Of a stretch of DNA of 64,000 nt, positions 19,400 to 27,665 are shown one piece after another (the stretch's first letter is position 1; the number at the start of each line of letters is the position of its first letter). The stretch lies in the NCBI GenBank assembly GCA_949511625.1, contig CATFEX010000046.1, positions 42,651 to 106,650 on the forward strand, written 5' to 3'. The DNA is from Flavobacteriaceae bacterium (GTDB taxonomy: Bacteria > Bacteroidota > Bacteroidia > Flavobacteriales > Flavobacteriaceae). Position numbers and translations under genes: made by a program. The notes under the pieces are model-generated. The model searched no databases. It had not been told where the DNA came from and worked only from the letters and a program-made list of their open reading frames with translations.

Positions 19400-20334
19400 G
19401 TAATTTAAGTGTCAATCACTTATTGGGAATTAAAGGTCTAACAGAGGCTGACATTCGGTTATTATTTGAAACAGCGATGCAATTCAAAGAAGTAATCAAT
19501 CGCCCAATCAAAAAAGTACCGAGCCTACGTGACATTACCATTGCCAATGTATTTTTTGAGAACAGCACACGAACCAAACTCTCCTTCGAATTGGCAGAGA
19601 AACGACTAAGTGCCGATGTAATTAATTTCTCAGCCAACCAATCCTCTGTTTTAAAAGGGGAAACATTGGTAGATACAGTTAACAATATCCTAGCGATGAA
19701 AGTAGATGTGGTAGTGATGCGACATCCCCACCCTGGTGCTGCTCAGTTTCTATCTGAACGTGTTGATACCTGTATCGTTAATGCGGGTGATGGAACCCAT
19801 GAGCATCCCACTCAGGCTTTGTTGGACGCCTTTTCACTGGAAGAAAAACTAGGAGATCTTCGTGGAAAGCGGGTTACTATAGTAGGAGATATTCGCCACA
19901 GTCGAGTAGCTCTTTCTAATATCTATGCCCTTCAATTACTCGGTGCTGAGGTGCAGCTTTGTGGTCCCAAATCACTGATTCCCAAACATGTAACTTCGTT
20001 AGGGGTTAGTGTGGAAACGGATCTCATTAAGGCCTTAAAAAGTTCAGATGCTGTCAATATGTTACGTGTGCAACATGAACGGATGGAATTGAGTTATTTT
20101 CCATCGACCAGAGAATATGCTCAACTCTATGGATTGACCTTGGACAAGTTGCAAACTATCAAGAAAGAACTTGTTATTTTACACCCTGGTCCCATCAATA
20201 GAGGAGTAGAAATCACTTCTGAGGTGGCCGATTCCGATCAGGCTATTATCCTCGATCAAGTTGAAAATGGAGTGGCCATTCGAATGGCAGTCCTTTATCT
20301 ATTGGCCTCAAAAATTTCAACTCCTGCTACCTAA
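19396..20334 (+). CDS. pyrB: aspartate carbamoyltransferase catalytic subunit
   Basis: Motifs 'ENSTRTKLSFE', 'HEHPTQALLD' and 'LHPGPINRG'. Its start overlaps the pyrR stop (ATGA). Confidence 0.95.
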   Translation: MSNLSVNHLLGIKGLTEADIRLLFETAMQFKEVINRPIKKVPSLRDITIANVFFENSTRTKLSFELAEKRLSADVINFSANQSSVLKGETLVDTVNNILAMKVDVVVMRHPHPGAAQFLSERVDTCIVNAGDGTHEHPTQALLDAFSLEEKLGDLRGKRVTIVGDIRHSRVALSNIYALQLLGAEVQLCGPKSLIPKHVTSLGVSVETDLIKALKSSDAVNMLRVQHERMELSYFPSTREYAQLYGLTLDKLQTIKKELVILHPGPINRGVEITSEVADSDQAIILDQVENGVAIRMAVLYLLASKISTPAT

Positions 20335-20639
20335 TGGATCCTTTACTGCAGCCTATAGAAACATATAAACTTGCCATTGCTTTCAAAGCAGCTGATATTT
20401 TCCTTCCACCAAATCAGGATTGGATTTTCGAAATGGAAAAAGAAGTTGTTTCTTCTGTTTTTATTATAGAATATCAAAATTTGATGATGCAATTAGCCTC
20501 GGAACAGTATTCAAGAGTTTTGGTAGTTCCTGCCAATTATTTGGATGCATTTCCCGAGGACTGCCATGTTGTTCCCACCCATGGCGAAGCGAAAGACTTA
20601 ATAGAAATGGAACGGATACAACGCGATTTAGGTTTTTGA
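20334..20639 (+). CDS. hypothetical 101-aa acidic protein, translationally coupled between pyrB and rnz
   Basis: The ATG overlaps the pyrB stop (TAATG) and the stop lies 1 nt before the rnz ATG. I recognise no family motif. Confidence 0.5.
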   Translation: MDPLLQPIETYKLAIAFKAADIFLPPNQDWIFEMEKEVVSSVFIIEYQNLMMQLASEQYSRVLVVPANYLDAFPEDCHVVPTHGEAKDLIEMERIQRDLGF

Positions 20640-20640
20640 T

Positions 20641-21546
20641 ATGCAGTTGACTATTCTTGGCTGTCATGCAGCAACCCCTCGTAAAAACGGACAGACAACC
20701 GCGCAGCTTCTAGAAATTAGGGGACAATTGATCCTTATCGACTGTGGAGAGGGTACCCAAATGCAATTGCGTAAGTTGGGGGTTAAGTTTGCTCGCATCC
20801 AGCATATTTTTATTTCTCATCTGCACGGGGATCATTTTTATGGCTTGATTGGGTTGATTTCTACTTTCCGATTATTGGGTCGTTCGGCGGATTTACATAT
20901 TTATGGCCCAAAGGGAATTAAAGAAATCATCACCCTACAATTGAAACTCGCCAATTCCTGGACCGATTACGCTCTCTATTTTCATGAACTGGACCATTCC
21001 GAGCCAGAACAGCTATTGGATCATGAAAAATTTGCCGTAACAACCTTGCCTTTAAAACACCGAGTATACACCAACGGCTTTTTGTTTCGTGAAAAAAAGA
21101 GTCCTCGTAAAATCAACCAAGACGCCGTAGTGACCTATGGGATAGATATTGCTGATATGGAAAATCTAAAACAAGGAAAAGACATTCGTCTGGCGGATGG
21201 AACATTATTGGCCAACGCCCTGTTGACATTAGATCCAGAGCCTTCAAAATCCTACGCTTTTTGTAGTGACACCGCCTATTTACCCAAATTAGCAGACTGG
21301 GTGTATGGAGTTAATTATCTCTACCACGAAGCTACTTTTTTGGATATGCATCAAGACTTGGCTAAAAAAACTCAGCATAGCACCGCTGCAGAAGCTGCAC
21401 AAATTGCTGCTACCGCTAAGGTGGGACAATTGATTCTAGGTCATTTTTCCTCTCGGTATCCCGATCGGAATGAATTTATTACTCAAGCACAAAAGCATTT
21501 TAATAATGTTCATCTAGCCGAAGATGGGAAACGGTTTGATTGGTAG
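20641..21546 (+). CDS. rnz: ribonuclease Z (metallo-beta-lactamase fold)
   Basis: 'ILGCHAATP...LIDCGEGTQ' and the 'HLHGDH' zinc motif, 301 aa. Confidence 0.9.
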   Translation: MQLTILGCHAATPRKNGQTTAQLLEIRGQLILIDCGEGTQMQLRKLGVKFARIQHIFISHLHGDHFYGLIGLISTFRLLGRSADLHIYGPKGIKEIITLQLKLANSWTDYALYFHELDHSEPEQLLDHEKFAVTTLPLKHRVYTNGFLFREKKSPRKINQDAVVTYGIDIADMENLKQGKDIRLADGTLLANALLTLDPEPSKSYAFCSDTAYLPKLADWVYGVNYLYHEATFLDMHQDLAKKTQHSTAAEAAQIAATAKVGQLILGHFSSRYPDRNEFITQAQKHFNNVHLAEDGKRFDW

Positions 21547-21574
21547 TTGGTTTGGATTTTTCTGAATAAAAATC

Positions 21575-22243
21575 TTATTGGTTTTCTTTCATTCCTCTTA
21601 TTCGGGCCTTGTGTTGTTCCACATCCCATATTAGGTTCCAATTTTTTAGATATTCCTCTATGGGTTCCAGTCCCATTTTGGCTCTTCTATCGTTAACTTT
21701 ATCGGGTTCAGTGAGGGGGAGCACATAATAGGTGTCGGTCTCTGGATCTTTTTTCATTTGGCTACCATAAATCTGTCCATTGCCTTGTCGTATAGCAACG
21801 CGATCCTCTAGGAGTGCCAAAGCAGCGTTTTCTGCTTTTCCACTAGATACTGCCTCCCGCATGAGTGGAAGGTATTGGAGCTGGGTAGAAAGGTCTGCCT
21901 TTTGAATCACTAGAAATAAAGCCAAATTGCCTTTTTCCCTTATGACACCTGTTCCAAGCCATCCTCTGCTGTCCAATACATTTTTGATTTCGATTAAATT
22001 AAGAGAATCCCAGACTCTTATATTTTTGTTGTTGGCTTGCATTTCTTTTGATTTGGTCCCGTATTTTTCAATGATCTTTTTTCTTTCGTTTCGGGCGTTT
22101 TGATCCAATTCAAAAATCACTTCCAATTCTGCGGCCAGTTCTAAATCAAAGGTAGCCACGGAAGAAGAAGTACCAGCGGATTCTTGACTGTAGCATATAG
22201 CTATAGAGATAGAGAAGAAAAGAATAATTAGATTTATTTTCAT
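21575..22243 (-). CDS. hypothetical secreted protein
   Basis: 222 aa with an N-terminal signal peptide (MKINLIILFFSISIAICYSQ). I am not confident of any family. Confidence 0.55.
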   Translation of the reverse strand: MKINLIILFFSISIAICYSQESAGTSSSVATFDLELAAELEVIFELDQNARNERKKIIEKYGTKSKEMQANNKNIRVWDSLNLIEIKNVLDSRGWLGTGVIREKGNLALFLVIQKADLSTQLQYLPLMREAVSSGKAENAALALLEDRVAIRQGNGQIYGSQMKKDPETDTYYVLPLTEPDKVNDRRAKMGLEPIEEYLKNWNLIWDVEQHKARIRGMKENQ

Positions 22244-22335
22244 AAGTTTTGGGTACAGTTCTTAAGGAAGTATTTTAATTAATTTAGGACATTTTATAAA
22301 TTCATTCTTTTAGGTGGGATTTGTACCTTGCATAT

Positions 22336-22989
22336 ATGAAAGAAAAACAAGATTTGGGTAGCTTGCGAAAGTCTTATGAAAAGGGAGGACTCAGCGATAG
22401 GGAAAAGACGCAAAATCCAATGAATTTGTTTGCACGTTGGTTTACCGAAGCCGAGGCTACGCCTGCTATTGAAGAAGCCAATGCGATGTCCTTGGTGACT
22501 CAAGGCTTGGACGGATATCCCAAAGCAAGGGTCGTGTTGTTGAAGCATTACGATACGGAAGGCTTTGTGTTCTACACCAACTATGAGAGTGAAAAAGGGC
22601 AAGCGATTACCGCCGATTCTCGCGTAGGAATTTCATTCTTTTGGCCGGCCTTGGAACGGCAAGTGATTATCAAGGGAATTGCTGAAAAAATAACTTCGGC
22701 TGCCTCAGATGCGTATTTTGATTCTCGCCCTTTGGGCAGTCGCTTGGGTGCCTTGGCCTCTCCACAAAGTCAAGTGATTGAAAGCAGAAGTGTATTGGAA
22801 GACAATCTCAATATTTTGAAAGGGAAACACAAAGAAAATGATCCCAATAGACCAAACAACTGGGGTGGATATTTGGTGCGGCCTCATGAAATTGAATTTT
22901 GGCAAGGACGTCCTAACCGCCTGCATGACCGCCTCCGATTTGGTTTGTCATCAGATAAACAGTGGACGGCGCAACGTCTGGCTCCCTAA
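22336..22989 (+). CDS. pdxH: pyridoxamine 5'-phosphate oxidase
   Basis: 'RVVLLKHYDTEGFVFYTNYES.KG', 'IEFWQGRPNRLHDRL' and the C-terminal 'RLAP'. ATG at 22336. Confidence 0.93.
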   Translation: MKEKQDLGSLRKSYEKGGLSDREKTQNPMNLFARWFTEAEATPAIEEANAMSLVTQGLDGYPKARVVLLKHYDTEGFVFYTNYESEKGQAITADSRVGISFFWPALERQVIIKGIAEKITSAASDAYFDSRPLGSRLGALASPQSQVIESRSVLEDNLNILKGKHKENDPNRPNNWGGYLVRPHEIEFWQGRPNRLHDRLRFGLSSDKQWTAQRLAP

Positions 22990-23477
22990 TGAAAAATTTA
23001 GTACTCCTTCGTCATGCCAAATCATCTTGGGATTATGATGTGGCCGACCGCAATCGCCCTCTGGCCAAAAAAGGAATTCAGCGTATTCAGGCCATGGCTA
23101 AAGTATGCGAAAGCACCTTTACAAGCGTACAACAATATTATAGTAGTCCAGCCAATCGGGCCTTGCATACTGCGACAATTCTATTTCATGAATTACAGCT
23201 GCCAATGAAACGATTGCAACTCGATGAAGCACTCTATACCTTTGAAGCTTCAAAAGTATTAACAGCTATTGATCGCCTTCCCGATGAATTGGATTCGGTC
23301 TGTTTTGTGGGGCATAACCCTGCACTAACGTATGTAGCAGCCAAACTTACCGATAACTTAATCCAACATATGCCAACCGCTGCTTGGGTAAAGATTATAT
23401 TTGCACAAGACAATTGGAAGTCACTTTCCAGTGGAACGGCGAAATGGGGGCATCCAAAAGTACTTTTGACCAAATAA
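22989..23477 (+). CDS. sixA: SixA-type histidine phosphatase family protein
   Basis: Catalytic 'LVLLRHAKSSW' (RHG-type) motif, about 162 aa. The ATG overlaps the pdxH stop (TAATG). Confidence 0.8.
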   Translation: MKNLVLLRHAKSSWDYDVADRNRPLAKKGIQRIQAMAKVCESTFTSVQQYYSSPANRALHTATILFHELQLPMKRLQLDEALYTFEASKVLTAIDRLPDELDSVCFVGHNPALTYVAAKLTDNLIQHMPTAAWVKIIFAQDNWKSLSSGTAKWGHPKVLLTK

Positions 23478-23479
23478 GC

Positions 23480-25543
23480 ATGGAGAACCAATACATTAAT
23501 CGAGAAATCAGTTGGTTAGACTTTAATGCACGAGTCCTCCAAGAAGCAGCGGATTCAAAAGTCCCCTTAATAGAGCGTCTTCGGTTCTTAGGTATTTTCT
23601 CCAATAATCTTGATGAATTTTTTCAAGTCCGTTATGCTACAGTTCGTCGAATCGCTCAATCAGAAAAATCAGGAAAAAAAGTATTAGGAGGTGTGAGTGC
23701 ACAAGTTTTATTGGAGCAGATTACACAAAGAGTTATTCAATTGCAAAAACAAAGTGTAGAAATCCTTAATGCAATCGAAGCGGCATTGCAGGAAGAAAAC
23801 ATCTACTTTATTAATGAAGAACAAGTTCCAAAGCAACAGCACGAATTTCTTCGAGAGTACTTTTTAGAACATGTGAGTCCGGCTTTAGTCACTGTAATGC
23901 TTTCCAAAAAACGAGCACAAGACTTTACAGACAACACAGCCTTTCTCACAGTTAAAATGAAACGGCGAAAGACACCAGAAGGCAAAGATCCCCATGCCTA
24001 TGCTTTGATTGAGTTGAATCCTGAATTGGATCGTTTTATTGTTCTCCCCAAAATTGGAGACCGTCAAAACATAATGCTACTAGACGACTTGATTCGTTAT
24101 CATTTTCATTTGATTTTCAGTTTTTTCGATTACGAAACCATTGAAGCCCATATGATAAAAATCACAAGAGATGGCGAATTGGATTTGGAAGAAGATGCCT
24201 CGAAAAGCTATATTGAAAAAATTGCTGAGAGCGTGGAGGATCGAATGGTCAGTGATCCTGTTCGGATGGTGTATGACAATACCATTGGCAAAGATACTTT
24301 GAGTTTTGTAATGAATAAATTAGGTATTGATACCACAGATAGCCTCATTCCTGGAGGACGCTACCATCATCGCCGTGACTATATGAAGTTTCCCAGTTTG
24401 GGACGCACCGACTTACTGTATAATACGATTGATCCCCTTTCCATTGCTGGATTGAGTTTGGAAAAACCCCTATTTGAATCGATACAAAAGAAGGATTATT
24501 TATTACATACACCCTATCAAAACTTCTCCTATGTGATTAAGTTCCTTAGGGAAGCCGCTCTAGATCCTCAGGTTCAAACGATTAAGTTAACCGTCTATCG
24601 ACTAGCGAAAGTTTCTCATGTTGTAAGTGCATTGATCAATGCCGCCAAAAACGGCAAGAAGGTTTTGGTTCAAATCGAATTGCAGGCACGATTTGACGAA
24701 AAAAATAATATTGATATGGCGAGTCGACTTGAAGCTGCAGGCATCCAATTGATCTTTGGAGTACCGGGACTGAAAGTACACGCCAAACTATGTCTTGTGG
24801 AACGACTAGAGGGTAAGAAAACACGTCGTTACGGCTTTATCAGTACAGGAAATTTCAATGAGGCGACAGCAAAAATCTATACAGACTATACCTTGTTTAC
24901 CTACAATCAAAAAATATTAAAGGAAGTCAATAAAGTATTCAATTTCTTAGAGGTTAATTACAAGATTAAAAAATACAAACACCTTATCGTATCCCCACAC
25001 TATACCTTCAGCACCATCAGTCGATTGATAGATCAAGAAATTACCAATAAAAAAGAGGGTCGCCCAGCTGGAATAAAAATGAAATTGAACAATATGACCT
25101 CTTATAAGATGGTTGATAAACTTTATGAGGCTAGTAGCGCTGGCGTTCCGGTTCAACTAATGATTCGAGGAATTTGTTGTTTGATCCCTGGAGTCAAAGG
25201 AATGAGTGAGAACATTGAAGTGGTTGGTGTCGTTGATCGTTTTCTTGAACACTCCCGGGTCTATATTTTTGAAAACGATGCATCGCCACTAATTTATATT
25301 TCTTCAGCAGATATGATGACTCGTAATATAGAGAATCGTGTTGAAGTTGCTTGCCCCATCTACGATTCCGATTTGCAAGAACAAATTATAAATGCATTTG
25401 CTATTGGCTGGGAAGACAACATTAAAGGCCGAAAAATCAACGGTTCTGTTCAAAACCAATTGAATTCTAATAATAAGGAACCCTTGCGTTCTCAAGAGGC
25501 TTTGTACCAGTATACCCAAAACCTTGTTTCCCAGTGCGATTAG
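23480..25543 (+). CDS. ppk1: polyphosphate kinase 1
   Basis: 'YINREISWLDFNARVLQEA...PLIERLRFLGIFSNNLDEFF' is the canonical PPK1 N-terminus, and two PLD-like HKD regions are present. The ATG at 23480 lies 2 nt after the sixA stop. Confidence 0.95.
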   Translation: MENQYINREISWLDFNARVLQEAADSKVPLIERLRFLGIFSNNLDEFFQVRYATVRRIAQSEKSGKKVLGGVSAQVLLEQITQRVIQLQKQSVEILNAIEAALQEENIYFINEEQVPKQQHEFLREYFLEHVSPALVTVMLSKKRAQDFTDNTAFLTVKMKRRKTPEGKDPHAYALIELNPELDRFIVLPKIGDRQNIMLLDDLIRYHFHLIFSFFDYETIEAHMIKITRDGELDLEEDASKSYIEKIAESVEDRMVSDPVRMVYDNTIGKDTLSFVMNKLGIDTTDSLIPGGRYHHRRDYMKFPSLGRTDLLYNTIDPLSIAGLSLEKPLFESIQKKDYLLHTPYQNFSYVIKFLREAALDPQVQTIKLTVYRLAKVSHVVSALINAAKNGKKVLVQIELQARFDEKNNIDMASRLEAAGIQLIFGVPGLKVHAKLCLVERLEGKKTRRYGFISTGNFNEATAKIYTDYTLFTYNQKILKEVNKVFNFLEVNYKIKKYKHLIVSPHYTFSTISRLIDQEITNKKEGRPAGIKMKLNNMTSYKMVDKLYEASSAGVPVQLMIRGICCLIPGVKGMSENIEVVGVVDRFLEHSRVYIFENDASPLIYISSADMMTRNIENRVEVACPIYDSDLQEQIINAFAIGWEDNIKGRKINGSVQNQLNSNNKEPLRSQEALYQYTQNLVSQCD

Positions 25544-26427
25544 ATAAATTTGCTGCAATTGATATCGGTTCCAATGCTATTCGTATGTTGGTTGCCAATG
25601 TAGTTATCGATAAAGACCAACCGACTCAATTTCATAAAAACTCGATTGTGCGGGTGCCTATCCGTCTTGGTGAAGATTCTTTTACTGTAGGGGAGATTTC
25701 CTCTAAGAATGTAAAGCGTTTGACACGAGCCTTTAAGGCCTTCAAGCAAATCATGAAAGTTCATGAGGTATCACGATACAGGGCCTATGCAACCTCCGCT
25801 CTTCGGGAAGCGAGTAATACTCCTTGGGTATTGGATAAAATTAAAGAGAAAACAGGAATAAGCGTAGAAGTTATCGATGGTCGTAAAGAAGCTAAAATTA
25901 TTTCAACAAATACGGGTCTTCAAAATATAAATATTAGGAATAAAACATTTCTTTTTGTTGATGTTGGGGGAGGGAGTACTGAATTTAGCATCATTCGCAA
26001 TGGAGAACTATTGGCTTCCAAATCTTTCAAATTGGGAACTGTCCGTTTATTAAATGATTTGGTACCTGATCGGGTATGGAAAGAAATAAAGAAGTGGGTA
26101 GTCGGTCATACTAAAGAATACAAGAAAATTGCGGTCTTAGGGACAGGAGGAAATATTAATAAACTAGTAAAGCTGACTAGCACCAAAGAGGGTAAGCCAC
26201 TTTCTTTGGTTGCTCTAAGCAGTATTTATCATCAGCTTCAATCTCTCACATATGAGGAACGTATCCTTCAATTTGAATTGAATCCCGATCGTGCCGATGT
26301 AATATTACCTGCCACTCGAATATACCTTCGCGCCATGGGCTGGTGTGGCGCCACTCGCATCTACATTCCAAAGGCCGGCTTGGCTGATGGAATGATTCAA
26401 GAAATGTTTGAATCCATGTATGCTTAG
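25534..26427 (+). CDS. ppx: exopolyphosphatase (Ppx/GppA family)
   Basis: ASKHA motifs 'AAIDIGSNAIRMLV' and 'VDVGGGSTEF'. The GTG start overlaps the ppk1 end by 10 nt. Confidence 0.85.
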   Translation: MRLDKFAAIDIGSNAIRMLVANVVIDKDQPTQFHKNSIVRVPIRLGEDSFTVGEISSKNVKRLTRAFKAFKQIMKVHEVSRYRAYATSALREASNTPWVLDKIKEKTGISVEVIDGRKEAKIISTNTGLQNINIRNKTFLFVDVGGGSTEFSIIRNGELLASKSFKLGTVRLLNDLVPDRVWKEIKKWVVGHTKEYKKIAVLGTGGNINKLVKLTSTKEGKPLSLVALSSIYHQLQSLTYEERILQFELNPDRADVILPATRIYLRAMGWCGATRIYIPKAGLADGMIQEMFESMYA

Positions 26428-27008
26428 CCGTGGATGGTCTCTTCTTTACAGAGAGACTTCATAATATCGGCTTCAAAATGCAGTAGCCCATTCCATTTTT
26501 CTTCAACATCTATACCTTCTGGGGCATATTGACGTGCCAGTTTTAAAAACAGGGTATAATGATGGGCTTCACTAATCATTAACTTTCGATAGAATTTACA
26601 AAGTTCGGGATCTTCCAGCTCTTCAGAGAGCAGGCGAAAACGTTCACAACTCCGTGCTTCGATCAAACCAGCGATAAGAAGTTTATGCACCAAGTGGGTC
26701 TCTCTAGACCCTCCTTTAGGAAAATAGGTTTGAAGTTTACGGACATATTCATCTTTACGTTCCCGTCCCAAAGACAATCCGCGCTTCAGAATCAGTTCAT
26801 GTACCATTTTGAAATGGCTTATTTCTTCTTCTGCCAAGTCGATCATCGCTGTAACTAATTCACTCTTTTCAGGAAATCCGATAATAATGGAAATGGCACT
26901 ATTAGCTGCTTTCTGTTCACAATAGGCATGATCGGTTAAAATTTCATCAATGTTTTTTTCAACGATATTAACCCAGCGGGGGTCGGTAGGAAGTTGGAGT
27001 CTTAGCAT
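26424..27008 (-). CDS. miaE: tRNA-(ms2io6A37)-hydroxylase MiaE (diiron)
   Basis: 194 aa. The N-terminus 'LQLPTDPRWV...ILTDHAYCEQKAANSA' and the ExxH pairs ('EEEISHF', 'ISEAHHY') are typical of MiaE. Confidence 0.85.
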   Translation of the reverse strand: MLRLQLPTDPRWVNIVEKNIDEILTDHAYCEQKAANSAISIIIGFPEKSELVTAMIDLAEEEISHFKMVHELILKRGLSLGRERKDEYVRKLQTYFPKGGSRETHLVHKLLIAGLIEARSCERFRLLSEELEDPELCKFYRKLMISEAHHYTLFLKLARQYAPEGIDVEEKWNGLLHFEADIMKSLCKEETIHG

Positions 27009-27017
27009 CGCAATAAT

Positions 27018-27665
27018 TTAAAATTCTAAGTCTAATTTCTTACGAAGATCGGAGATTGCAGGATTAATTTCAAGGAGCTTCTGGTATTTCTCTTCTCGGG
27101 AAACTAGATATTCTTTGTTTTGTTCGGGAGTTACCTCTACCTCAAAATTTATTTGGTTGTTTCCTAAAGCTTTTGTGAGGTGTCCTTTTAAGTCAACCCA
27201 TTCTCTTTCGAGTTCTACTTTATTGATGTCACTGGGTACTTTAATATGGATGAGTTGGTCTCCTTTGGGAGTTAGTTGGGCAATAGAGAACAGTGCAGCG
27301 ATATTGCTCTTCCCTTCTTTTTGTTTTTGTTGGGCGTATTGATTCCAAGCTTTTTCAAATTCTTCAAAAGCAAAATGGTTTTTTTGAACTTTCTCTGGTT
27401 TTTTTTGAGCTTGGGTTTGTTGGGCCTCTTTTTTTAAGCGTATACTGGAAAGAGATAAACTGGATACGCCCTCTCCAATAGGGTTTTTTATTTGTATTTT
27501 TTGGGAGGGTTCAACATCTTTTTCTGGTTCCGAGTCATAGGAAATTTCACCTTCTTCAACGATCTCTTTCGGAGTCGCTTTTAGAGGAATCGCCTTTTGA
27601 CTGGTTTCGATTTCAGGTTTAGAAGAAGCAGCTTGTTTATACTGACTGCTAGGAATCAGGCGAAC
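27018..27665 (-). CDS. dnaX: dnaX tau-specific C-terminal extension, in the -1 frame relative to the upstream dnaX ORF and with no start codon of its own
   Basis: My own translation shows 215 sense codons (VRLIPSSQYK...NPAISDLRKKLDLEF) with no ATG/GTG/TTG, ending at TAA 27018-27020. A K/E/P/Q-rich linker is followed by a globular domain, as in full-length tau. It is absent from the ORF track only because it lacks a start codon. Confidence 0.7.
   Translation of the reverse strand, partial: VRLIPSSQYKQAASSKPEIETSQKAIPLKATPKEIVEEGEISYDSEPEKDVEPSQKIQIKNPIGEGVSSLSLSSIRLKKEAQQTQAQKKPEKVQKNHFAFEEFEKAWNQYAQQKQKEGKSNIAALFSIAQLTPKGDQLIHIKVPSDINKVELEREWVDLKGHLTKALGNNQINFEVEVTPEQNKEYLVSREEKYQKLLEINPAISDLRKKLDLEF

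Noticed and set aside
23384-23479. The 32-codon N-terminal extension of the ppk1 track ORF, overlapping sixA.
   Set aside because: The canonical PPK1 N-terminus (MENQYINREISWLDFN) begins at the ATG at 23480, right after the sixA stop. The extension is just the sixA region read in another frame. The same logic was applied to trim the starts of coaE, pyrR, pdxH, sixA, dnaX, rsmD, thrB, clpC, the C40 peptidase, DUF3347, msrA, ald, rsmE and the helicase.
27115-27481. Plus-strand track ORFs 27115-27342 and 27293-27481, in the apparently gene-free gap after dnaX.
   Set aside because: They are low-complexity F/L/S-rich peptides (MFCSGVTSTSKFIWLF…). They lie antisense to a much longer, protein-like open frame (the dnaX tau extension), so they are shadow ORFs.
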